From: an uncultured Intrasporangiaceae bacterium
GTDB taxonomy: Bacteria > Actinomycetota > Actinomycetes > Actinomycetales > Dermatophilaceae
DNA length: 28,467 nt
Assembly (NCBI GenBank): GCA_964573925.1
Contig: CAZNLX010000001.1
Coordinates: 1 to 28,467 of the forward strand
Direction: 5' to 3'
Shown here: in pieces, positions 1 through 7,839 of the stretch
How positions within the stretch are numbered: the stretch's first letter is position 1
How the letters are laid out: the number at the start of each line of letters is the position of its first letter
Position numbers and translations under genes: made by a program
The notes under the pieces: generated by a model
What the model was told of the DNA's origin: nothing
The model's database searches: none
The model's input: the letters and a program-made list of their open reading frames with translations, nothing else

Positions 1-1
1 C

Positions 2-448
2 CGCGTCCAGCGCCAGATGCTGCAGGATCTGGGTCGCGAGCCCACCCCGGAGGAGCTGGCCAAGGAACTCGACATGACCCCCGAGAAGGTCGTCGAGGTG
101 CAGAAGTACGGTCGCGAGCCGATCTCCCTGCACACCCCGCTCGGTGAGGACGGCGACAGCGAGTTCGGTGACCTCATCGAGGACTCGGAGGCGGTCGTGC
201 CCGCCGAAGCGGTGTCCTTCACCCTGCTCCAGGAGCAACTCCACTCGGTCCTGGACACCCTTTCCGAGCGCGAGGCGGGCGTCGTCTCGATGCGCTTCGG
301 ACTCACCGACGGCCAGCCCAAGACCCTCGACGAGATCGGCAAGGTCTACGGCGTGACCCGAGAGCGGATTCGCCAGATCGAGTCCAAGACGATGAGCAAG
401 CTGCGGCACCCGTCGCGCTCGCAGGTGTTGCGCGACTATCTGGACTGA
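2..448 (+). CDS. sigA: Principal RNA polymerase sigma-70 factor (SigA/HrdB/RpoD), 3' part only (regions 3-4); 5' end lies outside the window
   Basis: Translation has [39 protein letters not shown], the region 4.2 [23 protein letters not shown] and the group 1 C-terminus [16 protein letters not shown]. The frame is open from base 2. Confidence 0.93.
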   Translation, partial: RVQRQMLQDLGREPTPEELAKELDMTPEKVVEVQKYGREPISLHTPLGEDGDSEFGDLIEDSEAVVPAEAVSFTLLQEQLHSVLDTLSEREAGVVSMRFGLTDGQPKTLDEIGKVYGVTRERIRQIESKTMSKLRHPSRSQVLRDYLD

Positions 449-472
449 GTCCGTCGCGGCCTCACCGCAGTC

Positions 473-511
473 CGGGAGGGCGGCATACCCCAGGGGTATG
501 CCGCCCTCCCG
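473..511. terminator. Perfect inverted repeat, probable bidirectional terminator between convergent sigA and the transglutaminase gene
   Basis: CGGGAGGGCGGCATACCCC (473-491) is the exact reverse complement of GGGGTATGCCGCCCTCCCG (493-511). It lies 24 nt after the sigA stop and 3 nt before the opposing stop at 515. No U-tract, as is common in actinobacteria. Confidence 0.8.
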
Positions 512-514
512 CGC

Positions 515-2848
515 TCAGCGGCGTCGGCCCCACCACGCGCGGGGCCGCGCGCCGAGCCGACGTCCCAAGGCCCGCCACCAGCGACGGGCGTCGGTGGGCA
601 ACATCGTCGCCCGGATCCGGTGCTGCCAGGACCGGGTCCTCGCGACCTCGTGGAGCACCACCCGAGTGAGCGGTTCGAGGTGCGGGTCGACGAAGGCCCC
701 GGGCCGGGCGTAGCGAGCCCGTTCGACGGTGTCCACGACGGTCGCCAGCGACTGCGTCCCGGTTTCCCCGAGGAAGCCGGCGCGGGCGTAGTGAGCCTGG
801 GCATCGCGCAGCGTCCCCCCGGCAACGGGGGTGACGCCCAGATCGTCCAACCGGCCGGTGAAGGTCTGCCAGTGGGCCTCGGCGATCCGCGCCGGCGGGC
901 CAGGTCGGCCGGCCCGCACCCGGCGTAGCACCGCGGCGGTCACCGGCAGGACAAGGGCGGCCAGGACGACCAGCAGCACGACCAGTCCGAGCAGGTGCGG
1001 GACCTGCAGCACCCAACCGAGGACCCGGTCCAGCACCGGGACGTCGAGGGTGGTGGTCTGTTCGGACGGGGTCTCTCGGTCGGGGCGGTCCCGGTCCCGG
1101 CTGGCTGGGTCGTCGGTGAGCCGGGCCGTCGAGGTCGGCAGCGGTGCGGGGGTGATCGCCGGGAGCGTCCAGGCCGGTGCGTTTCCGGTGCGGACGCTGG
1201 GCGTCGGCTCGAAGCGCACCCAGCCGGCCCCCGGGAAGAACAGTTCGGGCCAGGCGTGGGCGTCGGCGCTGGTCACCGTCCACACGCCGTCCTGCTGGCT
1301 GCCGGGCAGGAAGCCGATAGCCACCCGGGCCGGGATTCCGGCGGCGCGCGCCATCATCGCCATCGTCGAGGCGAACTGGACGCAGTAGCCGCGCTTGGTC
1401 TGCAGGAAGGCGCTGATCGGGTCCGGCCGGGCGCCATTGGACGAGTCCGGCGTCGTCAACGTGAGCGAATAGGTGAACCCGCCCTTGCCGCGCAGCCAGT
1501 CCTGAATCGCCACCGCCTTGTCGTAGGGGGACTGCGACTGCGTGGTCACTGCGTTCGTCGCGTCGCGGATCGCGGCGGCGGACCGAGGATCGACCTCCAG
1601 CGCTGCGGTGATTGCCCGCCCGGTCGGCAGCCGGTCCGGCCCGGGTGAGCCGTCGACGCCGTTGCGCAAGAGGTCCGGGGTGTAGATCGGTTCGAGGTAG
1701 GTCGTTGAGTAGGAAGCGGGCCGGGCCTGCACGTAGACGTCCGAGGTCGACTCGTCCACTTGCCAACCGACCGCATTGAGGTCGGCCGTCGTGATCGGCT
1801 GCGGGGTGGCCAGCGCGGGCGGTTCGAGCGAGTTGTTCTCCACGACGATGGTCCGCTCCGAGCGGGCTACCTCGGGGGAGAGGTCCAGCCGGGCGCTGCG
1901 GCCCAGGGTCGGGTTCGGTCGGCTCCAGGACGTCCCGTCGTATGCCGTCGCCGCGAGGACTCGCAGCGGCGTCGGGCTGGGCGCCGTGCTGCGGTAGGTG
2001 AGAATCCGCCCGGAACCGCCGGCGTTGAGGCTGGTCCCGACGTCCAGGGTCGAGCTGAAGCCGACCTTGGCGTTGCCCCGTCCGTCGGCGCTGCGGGCCA
2101 GTCCGTCCAGCAGGTAGCGGGTCGGCAGATGGGGCAGCACGGCTGGGAGGGCAACCGCGGCGATGAGGCCCACGGCGCCCAGCCGGCGGGCCAGCCCGGC
2201 GAAGCGCAGTTCCGAGGTGGCTCGGGAGGCGCCGATCGCGATGGGTTCCATCGGGCGGACCGCCACCGAGGCCCACCGGCGCATGCCCTGTTGGGCATGC
2301 TGGGCCAGCAGCACCAGCCAGGCGAGGGCGGCGGCCAGGAAGTAGAAGGGGTGCAGGGCCGACCCGCTGTTCGCCGCGGCCGCCAAGAAGGCGGTGAGCA
2401 TCGGCAGACCGGCCGCCGCCGGGGCCCCTCGGGTGACGGCGAGGATGTCGACGAGCAGCACGACGGCCGTTCCGATCAAGGCGAGGGTGACCTCGACCCC
2501 GGTGTTGGCCGGCATCGGTGCCGAGGTGTTCACCGCGGTCGTGCCGAATTCGGCGAACAGGGCACCGAACCGGCGCACCGTGGCCAGAGTGGGCAGGCCG
2601 TACCAAGTGCTGGACCCGGCATACATCCAGACAACGGCGAGCAGGGTGACGACGATCTGGCTCGGCACGACGGCCACGGCGGACCGGGTCCAGAACCGGC
2701 GCACGAGGGCCCCGGCACCGACCGCGAGGACGACCAGCCAGATCGCCCGGGCGAACCAGGTCGTGGTGGCCACGAGGGTGGTCAGGCCGAGCAGCGAGGT
2801 GAGTCCGGCCACCGCAGCGAGGGCGGGGTGGGCTTCGCGGCGGTTCAT
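515..2848 (-). CDS. Membrane-anchored transglutaminase-like protein (TgpA/DUF3488-type), about 777 aa
   Basis: Multiple N-terminal hydrophobic helices, the transglutaminase core GYCVQFASTMAMMARAAGIPARVAIGF...DAHAWPELFFPGAGWVRFEPTP (Cys/His/acidic residue), then a C-terminal TM helix. ATG at 2848 overlaps the DUF58 stop (ATGA). The ORF-track extension to 3415 overlaps DUF58 and is not credible. Confidence 0.88.
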   Translation of the reverse strand: MNRREAHPALAAVAGLTSLLGLTTLVATTTWFARAIWLVVLAVGAGALVRRFWTRSAVAVVPSQIVVTLLAVVWMYAGSSTWYGLPTLATVRRFGALFAEFGTTAVNTSAPMPANTGVEVTLALIGTAVVLLVDILAVTRGAPAAAGLPMLTAFLAAAANSGSALHPFYFLAAALAWLVLLAQHAQQGMRRWASVAVRPMEPIAIGASRATSELRFAGLARRLGAVGLIAAVALPAVLPHLPTRYLLDGLARSADGRGNAKVGFSSTLDVGTSLNAGGSGRILTYRSTAPSPTPLRVLAATAYDGTSWSRPNPTLGRSARLDLSPEVARSERTIVVENNSLEPPALATPQPITTADLNAVGWQVDESTSDVYVQARPASYSTTYLEPIYTPDLLRNGVDGSPGPDRLPTGRAITAALEVDPRSAAAIRDATNAVTTQSQSPYDKAVAIQDWLRGKGGFTYSLTLTTPDSSNGARPDPISAFLQTKRGYCVQFASTMAMMARAAGIPARVAIGFLPGSQQDGVWTVTSADAHAWPELFFPGAGWVRFEPTPSVRTGNAPAWTLPAITPAPLPTSTARLTDDPASRDRDRPDRETPSEQTTTLDVPVLDRVLGWVLQVPHLLGLVVLLVVLAALVLPVTAAVLRRVRAGRPGPPARIAEAHWQTFTGRLDDLGVTPVAGGTLRDAQAHYARAGFLGETGTQSLATVVDTVERARYARPGAFVDPHLEPLTRVVLHEVARTRSWQHRIRATMLPTDARRWWRALGRRLGARPRAWWGRRR

Positions 2849-4188
2849 CGGATCACTCCGGCGCCGGCTCCCACACCGGCTCGCGCCGCGGCTGCCGTGC
2901 CGACCCGGCCCCAGGCCTGGGTCACCGTGTCGGCGGCGGTCACCGCGGTGGCCCGCCAGCCGGCACCGCGCAGAATGTCGACGGCTCGGGCCGCCCCAGC
3001 CCCTGGCCCGCTGGCTGCCGGGTCGCCCGGGTTGGCGGGCCATGGACCGGCGCCGCCGATGCCGCTGGCGCCGCCGCTGCCGCCGGCGAAGGAGGCCGGA
3101 TCCAGGACCAGCCCCACGGCGGTCGCGCCGCCATGACGCAGGGTCGCCACCGACCGTAGGGCGGCCTCGTCGGCCGCGGCCAGGATCGCGACGAGCAAGC
3201 CCCCGCCGGCCAGCAGGCCCTGACCTGACCGAGCCAGGCGAGCCAGGGACAGCGCGTCGTCGAGGGCGGTCACCGCCAGCACGTCCAGTGCGGTGGCCCG
3301 GTCCAGGGGAACCTCGTCGGGACCCTCCCGCACCGTCTCCGGGGTGAGCAGGTGAACGGCATAGCCGAGGGTCCCCAGGTGCACGACGGTCGAGGCCGCC
3401 GCGCTCACCGCCCACTCGAAGGAACTGGCCGGGCCGCTGCCGGCGTGCGCGGCGCTGCGCGGGTCGAGCAGAACCACCGCTCGGCGCCGGGCCGGTCGGT
3501 CCTCCTGACGGACCATGAGTTCACCGGTGCGAGCCGTGGCCGGCCAGTGGATCCGGCGCAGGTCGTCTCCGTCGCGGTACTCCCGGATCGACTGGTCGTC
3601 CTCGCCGTTGAGGGCCACCATGAACGGGATCTCACCTTCGGCGCCCACTCCGGTGCCCGGAGGCCTGGTGCCCCCCAGGGGGTGGACCCGAGGAAGCACG
3701 GTCACTTCGGACGCCGACCCGACCTCGACGAAACGCTGGGTCAACCCGAACGGGTCGCGCAACTGAACGGTGAGCGGACCGAGCAGGTGACGGCCGCGGA
3801 TCGGGGGGCGCACGGCATACGTGACGGCTCGACGCTCCCCGCGGCCGAGCGAGCCGAGCAACACTCGCGGGCGTTCGCCGATGACATAGTCCAAGCGCTC
3901 CTCGGCGAGCATGATCGGGGTCGAGTGCCGGCCACCGTTGGCGATCGTCGTGGTGACTGTCGTCGGGTCGCCGGCGCTCACCTGCGCCGGGTCGGTGGAA
4001 CGGGTGACGACCAGCCCCGGAGGCCGTCGACGGGCCAGCAGCAGGGCCAGCAGCGGCAGGGCCAGCAACAGCACGCCAACCCGGGTGATATCCCGGAAGC
4101 CCAGGAGGTAGCCGCAGACGAGCAGGGTCAGCCCGGCGGACCCGAAGGCCCGACCTCGGGTCGTGAGCACCTCACCGATGCCGCGCAC
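2845..4188 (-). CDS. DUF58 domain protein (MoxR-associated), 447 aa
   Basis: N-terminal TM segment, RGRHLLGPLTVQLRDPFGL, and the DUF58 signature SIREYRDGDDLRRIHWPATARTGELMVRQE. It sits between moxR and the transglutaminase gene, the usual triad. GTG start. Confidence 0.88.
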   Translation of the reverse strand: MRGIGEVLTTRGRAFGSAGLTLLVCGYLLGFRDITRVGVLLLALPLLALLLARRRPPGLVVTRSTDPAQVSAGDPTTVTTTIANGGRHSTPIMLAEERLDYVIGERPRVLLGSLGRGERRAVTYAVRPPIRGRHLLGPLTVQLRDPFGLTQRFVEVGSASEVTVLPRVHPLGGTRPPGTGVGAEGEIPFMVALNGEDDQSIREYRDGDDLRRIHWPATARTGELMVRQEDRPARRRAVVLLDPRSAAHAGSGPASSFEWAVSAAASTVVHLGTLGYAVHLLTPETVREGPDEVPLDRATALDVLAVTALDDALSLARLARSGQGLLAGGGLLVAILAAADEAALRSVATLRHGGATAVGLVLDPASFAGGSGGASGIGGAGPWPANPGDPAASGPGAGAARAVDILRGAGWRATAVTAADTVTQAWGRVGTAAAARAGVGAGAGVIR

Positions 4189-4222
4189 CAGCGACCGCCA
4201 TCCGTATGCCGCCCACCCCGGC

Positions 4223-5239
4223 TCAGCGCCGGCCGGCCGGGACGGGGGTGGACCGGAGAATCTCCAGCAGGACGTCCTCGGGCGTGCGGTGGGCCAGGGT
4301 GGCCTCGCCGGAGAGCATCAGCCGATGGCCCAGGACGGCCGGTGCCACTCGCTGGACATCGTCGGGCAGGACGTGGTCGCGAGCCTCGAGAGCGGCGTGG
4401 GCGCGGGCCGCCCGCAACACGTGCAGGGCAGCGCGGGGGGACGCCCCGAGCCGGACCGCCGGGCTGGTCCGGGTGGCGTTGGCCAGGTCGACGACGTACT
4501 GGCGCACCGCCGGTGCTGCGTAGACGTCCTGGGTGACCAGGACGAGCCGGGCCACCGTCTGTGCGTCGGTCACCGGCACGAGAACGTCCAACGGCGATCG
4601 CCCACCGTGCAGGTCGAGCATCTCGACCTCGGCCGCGGCCGACGGGTAGCCCATCGAGATCCGGGCCATGAACCGGTCCCGTTGGGCCTCGGGAAGCGGA
4701 TAGGTGCCCTCCATCTCGATCGGGTTCTGGGTCGCCATGACGATGAACGGCTTGTGCAGGGCATAGGTCGTGCCGTCGACGGTGACCTGGCCCTCCTCCA
4801 TGCACTCCAGCAGCGCAGACTGGGTCTTGGGGGAGGCCCGGTTGATCTCGTCGCCGACCACGACGTTCGCGAAGATCGCGCCGGGTCGGAACTCGAAGTC
4901 GCGCAGGTCTTGGTTGAAGACACTCACCCCGGTGATGTCGCTGGGCAACAGGTCGGGGGTGAACTGGATCCGGCGCACCGAGCAGTCGATGGAGCGCGCG
5001 AGGGCCTTGGCGAGCATCGTCTTGCCGACGCCGGGCACGTCCTCGACGAGCAGGTGACCACCGGCCAGCAGGACGGTGATCGCGGTTCGGACGACTCCCG
5101 GCTTGCCCTCGATGACCGACTCCATCGCGGCGGCGATCCGGGAGGCCACGGCCCGCAGTTCGGCCAGCGCCTCGGGCGTCGAACGCACGACCTCGCCGCT
5201 GGACACCGCCTGCTCGGGTCGGGGCCGGACGTCGCTCAC
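4223..5239 (-). CDS. moxR: MoxR-family AAA+ ATPase, about 338 aa
   Basis: Walker A region HLLVEDVPGVGKT, RIQFTPDLLPSDITG, Walker B VVVGDEINRASPKTQSALLE, ATQNPIEMEGTYPLPEAQRDRF. Start placed at GTG 5239, with GGAGG a few nt upstream. Confidence 0.92.
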   Translation of the reverse strand: MSDVRPRPEQAVSSGEVVRSTPEALAELRAVASRIAAAMESVIEGKPGVVRTAITVLLAGGHLLVEDVPGVGKTMLAKALARSIDCSVRRIQFTPDLLPSDITGVSVFNQDLRDFEFRPGAIFANVVVGDEINRASPKTQSALLECMEEGQVTVDGTTYALHKPFIVMATQNPIEMEGTYPLPEAQRDRFMARISMGYPSAAAEVEMLDLHGGRSPLDVLVPVTDAQTVARLVLVTQDVYAAPAVRQYVVDLANATRTSPAVRLGASPRAALHVLRAARAHAALEARDHVLPDDVQRVAPAVLGHRLMLSGEATLAHRTPEDVLLEILRSTPVPAGRR

Positions 5240-5245
5240 GGGATC

Positions 5246-5261
5246 CTCCACTTCGCTCCAC
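5246..5261 (-). promoter_or_regulatory. Pair of MraZ-type boxes overlapping the moxR ribosome-binding site
   Basis: Minus strand reads GTGGAG-CGAA-GTGGAG, with the same hexamer and 4-nt spacer as the boxes upstream of mraZ. Confidence 0.5.
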
Positions 5262-5370
5262 CGGGGACCCCTTGGCCCGCCCGGTCTGGTGAGCATATGT
5301 CGGCGCGCTGGTCCGGGCGGCCGAACCCGAGCACGAAGCCGGAAGCGGGGGCCGGTGCGCGCGGCATACC

Positions 5371-5386
5371 CTCCACTTCCCTCCAC
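5371..5386 (-). promoter_or_regulatory. Pair of MraZ-type boxes facing moxR
   Basis: Minus strand GTGGAGGGAAGTGGAG is identical over 16 nt to plus strand 5446-5461. Confidence 0.6.
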
Positions 5387-5438
5387 GGCTGTGACCTGCC
5401 ACTTTGCCGTTCGGAATGGAAGTTTGAGAAAGAATCTG

Positions 5439-5491
5439 GCGACAGGTGGAGGGAAGTGGAGTATGGTGGGGCGCCAAGGAGCGTGGTGGCG
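5439..5491 (+). promoter_or_regulatory. mraZ/dcw promoter with 10-bp-phased MraZ-binding repeats
   Basis: GTGGAG (5446), GTGGAG (5456), GTGGGG (5466), degenerate AAGGAG (5476), GTGGCG (5486). Candidate -35 GCGACA (5439-5444), 17-nt spacer, -10 TATGGT (5462-5467) embedded in the repeats, consistent with known MraZ autorepression. Confidence 0.75.
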
Positions 5492-5559
5492 GGTATGCCG
5501 CCCCGCCGGGTCGCGTGGGACGGCCCCCTCGGGGGTCGGGAGGGAAGGGGTGGTGCGTC

Positions 5560-6024
5560 GTGGTCGACGACCAGTTCGCCGCCCTGCCGGTCCCCTTCCT
5601 GGGCACCCACACCCCCAAACTCGACGACAAGGGGCGGCTGATCCTGCCGGCCAAGTTCCGAGAGCAACTGGCCACCGGACTGGTCATGGCCAAGGGCCAG
5701 GAGCGCTGCATCGTCGTCTACCCGATGGCTGAGTTCTATCGATTCGCCGCGCAGATGCAGTCCGCGCCGAGTTCGGTCGCCGGGGTGCGCGACTACACCC
5801 GGGTGCTGGCCTCCAGCGCCTCCCCGGAGGTTCCCGACCGACAAGGGCGGATCACCATCCCCGCGATGTTGCGCGATTACGCCGGCCTGGACCGGGACCT
5901 GGCGGTCATCGGCAACATCAGCCGGGTCGAGATCTGGGACCTGCCCGCCTGGAACGCCTACCTCGCTGAGAAGGAGCCCGGCTTCGCCGCTCAGAGCGAG
6001 GAGGTGATGCCCGGGAGGTTCTGA
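5560..6024 (+). CDS. mraZ: Division/cell wall cluster transcriptional repressor MraZ
   Basis: [23 protein letters not shown] and [10 protein letters not shown] (two AbrB-like repeats), [11 protein letters not shown]. First gene of dcw. The start at GTG 5560 after a purine-rich tract is uncertain. Confidence 0.95.
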   Translation: MVDDQFAALPVPFLGTHTPKLDDKGRLILPAKFREQLATGLVMAKGQERCIVVYPMAEFYRFAAQMQSAPSSVAGVRDYTRVLASSASPEVPDRQGRITIPAMLRDYAGLDRDLAVIGNISRVEIWDLPAWNAYLAEKEPGFAAQSEEVMPGRF

Positions 6025-6036
6025 CCGCTGACGCCA

Positions 6037-6142
6037 CCTGCGCCCAGGTCTCCAGCCGCTTCCGTCCCGACACGACTTCCCCCGTGCCGGGCCGCCAGCG
6101 GTTCGAGAACCCTCCCGAAGCGGATGGGGACCTGAGCGCAGG
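6037..6142 (+). ncRNA. Structured RNA resembling the actinobacterial mraW RNA motif (5' UTR of rsmH/mraW)
   Basis: Outer stem CCTGCGCCCAGGTCTCCA (6037-6054) pairs with TGGGGACCTGAGCGCAGG (6125-6142). CCGCTTC pairs with GAAGCGG. Apical stem CCCGACACG/CGTGCCGGG closes a loop containing CTTCCCC. Position directly upstream of mraW matches the described motif. No covariance model was run. Confidence 0.7.
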
Positions 6143-6267
6143 GCCGTATCGGCCCAGTCCGCGCTCGCCGCCACCCGTCCAGGCCCATCGCTCGTCCAGC
6201 CTCACGGCCCGCACCGACCCCGACGCACCGATCCGCGAACCATCAGATCCACGAACCGGAGCCCCCG

Positions 6268-7257
6268 ATGACCGCCACCCCCGAGCTCGCGCCGCACCAG
6301 CGGCACGTGCCCGTGCTGCGCGAGCGGGTCGTCGAGGTGCTCGGTCCGGCCCTGGCCGCCGACGGCGCGGTCTACGTCGACGGCACCCTCGGCATGGGCG
6401 GCCACGCCGAGAGCGTCCTGCAGGCCTACCCGCGGGCCCGGCTCGTCGGGATCGACCGCGACCCGCAGGCCCTCGAACTGGCCGGGCGCCGGCTGCTGCC
6501 CTTTGCGGACCGGATCACTCTTGTCCACGCCGTCTACGACGAGTTCGCCCAGGTCATTCGCGACCTGGGCATCCCGACCGTCGATGCGGCCCTCTTCGAC
6601 CTCGGGGTCAGCTCACTGCACCTGGACGAGGCCGACCGGGGATTCGCCTACCGAGTCGACGCGCCGCTGGACATGCGGATGGACCAGACCCGGGGTCTCA
6701 CCGCCGCGGACGTCCTCAACACCTACGAGCCCGACCAGTTGGTCCGGATCCTGCGCGACTTCGGCGAGGAGCGCTTCGCTCGGCCGATCGTGCGCGCCGT
6801 GGTCGCTGAGCGCGGCCGGGCTCCGTTCACGTCGTCCGGCCGTCTCGTCGAGTTGCTCCGGAGGGTCGTCCCGGCCGCCTCGCAGCGCAGTGGGGGACAC
6901 CCCGCCAAGCGAACCTTCCAGGCCCTGCGGATCGAGGTCAACGGCGAGTTGGATGCCTGGCGCCGGGCCCTGCCTGCCGCGATCGACCGGCTGAGGGTGG
7001 GCGGCCGAGTGGCCGTGCTGTCCTACCACTCGCTCGAGGACCGGATCACCAAGCAGACCCTCGCCGCCGGGGCCACCTCGCGCACCCCCGCCGGTATGCC
7101 GGTCGAGCGGCCGCAGGACGCGGCATACCTGCGCCCCGTGACCCGCGGAGCCGAGGTGCCCACCGAGGCGGAGATCGCGGCCAACCCGCGCGCCGCGTCG
7201 GCCCGACTGCGAGTGGCGGAGCGAATCCGAGTGACCGACCAGGGGGAGTCACAATGA
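6268..7257 (+). CDS. rsmH: 16S rRNA m4C1402 methyltransferase RsmH (MraW)
   Basis: [77 protein letters not shown]. Confidence 0.97.
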   Translation: MTATPELAPHQRHVPVLRERVVEVLGPALAADGAVYVDGTLGMGGHAESVLQAYPRARLVGIDRDPQALELAGRRLLPFADRITLVHAVYDEFAQVIRDLGIPTVDAALFDLGVSSLHLDEADRGFAYRVDAPLDMRMDQTRGLTAADVLNTYEPDQLVRILRDFGEERFARPIVRAVVAERGRAPFTSSGRLVELLRRVVPAASQRSGGHPAKRTFQALRIEVNGELDAWRRALPAAIDRLRVGGRVAVLSYHSLEDRITKQTLAAGATSRTPAGMPVERPQDAAYLRPVTRGAEVPTEAEIAANPRAASARLRVAERIRVTDQGESQ

Positions 7258-7835
7258 GCCAGGCTGCACTACGTCACTGGGCCGCCGCGACGACCGCGCC
7301 TGGTCTGGCCCGCCCCACCACGGCGGCGGCCCGGCTGCGGGTCGTTCCGGCGGCGATCGAGCGAACCGGAACGGGCAAGTTCGCCGCGATGTGCATGGCC
7401 CTGCTCACCCTGGGCCTGCTCACCCTGCTCATGCTCAACGCCCAACTCGCCCAGGGCTCGTTCACCCTGCACGACCTGCAGACCACGTCCGGCACGCTCT
7501 CCGATCAGGAACACGAGCTGACCCGGGCGCTGGATGCCGAACGCAACCCCGGGGCGCTGGCCCGCCGGGCCCTGGGTATGGGGATGGTCCCGGCGACCTC
7601 GATGGCCTTCATCCGGCTCGATGACGGAACCATCCTCGGGGTCGCCGAACCGGCCGTGGCCAAGACCCTCAACGTCGTGTCGATCCCCAAGCCGCCGTCC
7701 ACGCCCTCGGTCGCGGCCCCGACGCCGGTGGTCCCCAGCGCGCCTGCCGCAACGGCCACTCCCGGGCCGGCCGACGCTGCCGCAGCCGACCCCGAGTCGC
7801 CCGGCGCGGCCCCGACGACGACTCCGGGGGGCTGA
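7254..7835 (+). CDS. ftsL: Probable cell division protein FtsL with Pro/Ala-rich C-terminal tail
   Basis: Lies between rsmH and ftsI. One TM helix ([18 protein letters not shown]), then a coiled coil and [17 protein letters not shown] overlap with rsmH. Confidence 0.78.
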   Translation: MSQAALRHWAAATTAPGLARPTTAAARLRVVPAAIERTGTGKFAAMCMALLTLGLLTLLMLNAQLAQGSFTLHDLQTTSGTLSDQEHELTRALDAERNPGALARRALGMGMVPATSMAFIRLDDGTILGVAEPAVAKTLNVVSIPKPPSTPSVAAPTPVVPSAPAATATPGPADAAAADPESPGAAPTTTPGG

Positions 7836-7839
7836 TCGA

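Noticed and set aside
2849-3415. ORF-track N-terminal extensions of the transglutaminase gene (and likewise of moxR, mraZ, ftsI, mraY, murD, murC, ftsZ, yggS, sepF, lspA, rluA)
   Set aside because: The extensions overlap neighbouring genes or regulatory DNA. Downstream starts with 4-nt stop/start overlaps or SD sequences fit better.
5371-5461. Two divergent ORFs both starting MEGSG, suggesting a duplicated gene start
   Set aside because: It is an artefact of the inverted GTGGAGGGAAGTGGAG boxes; GTG here is part of the regulatory repeat.
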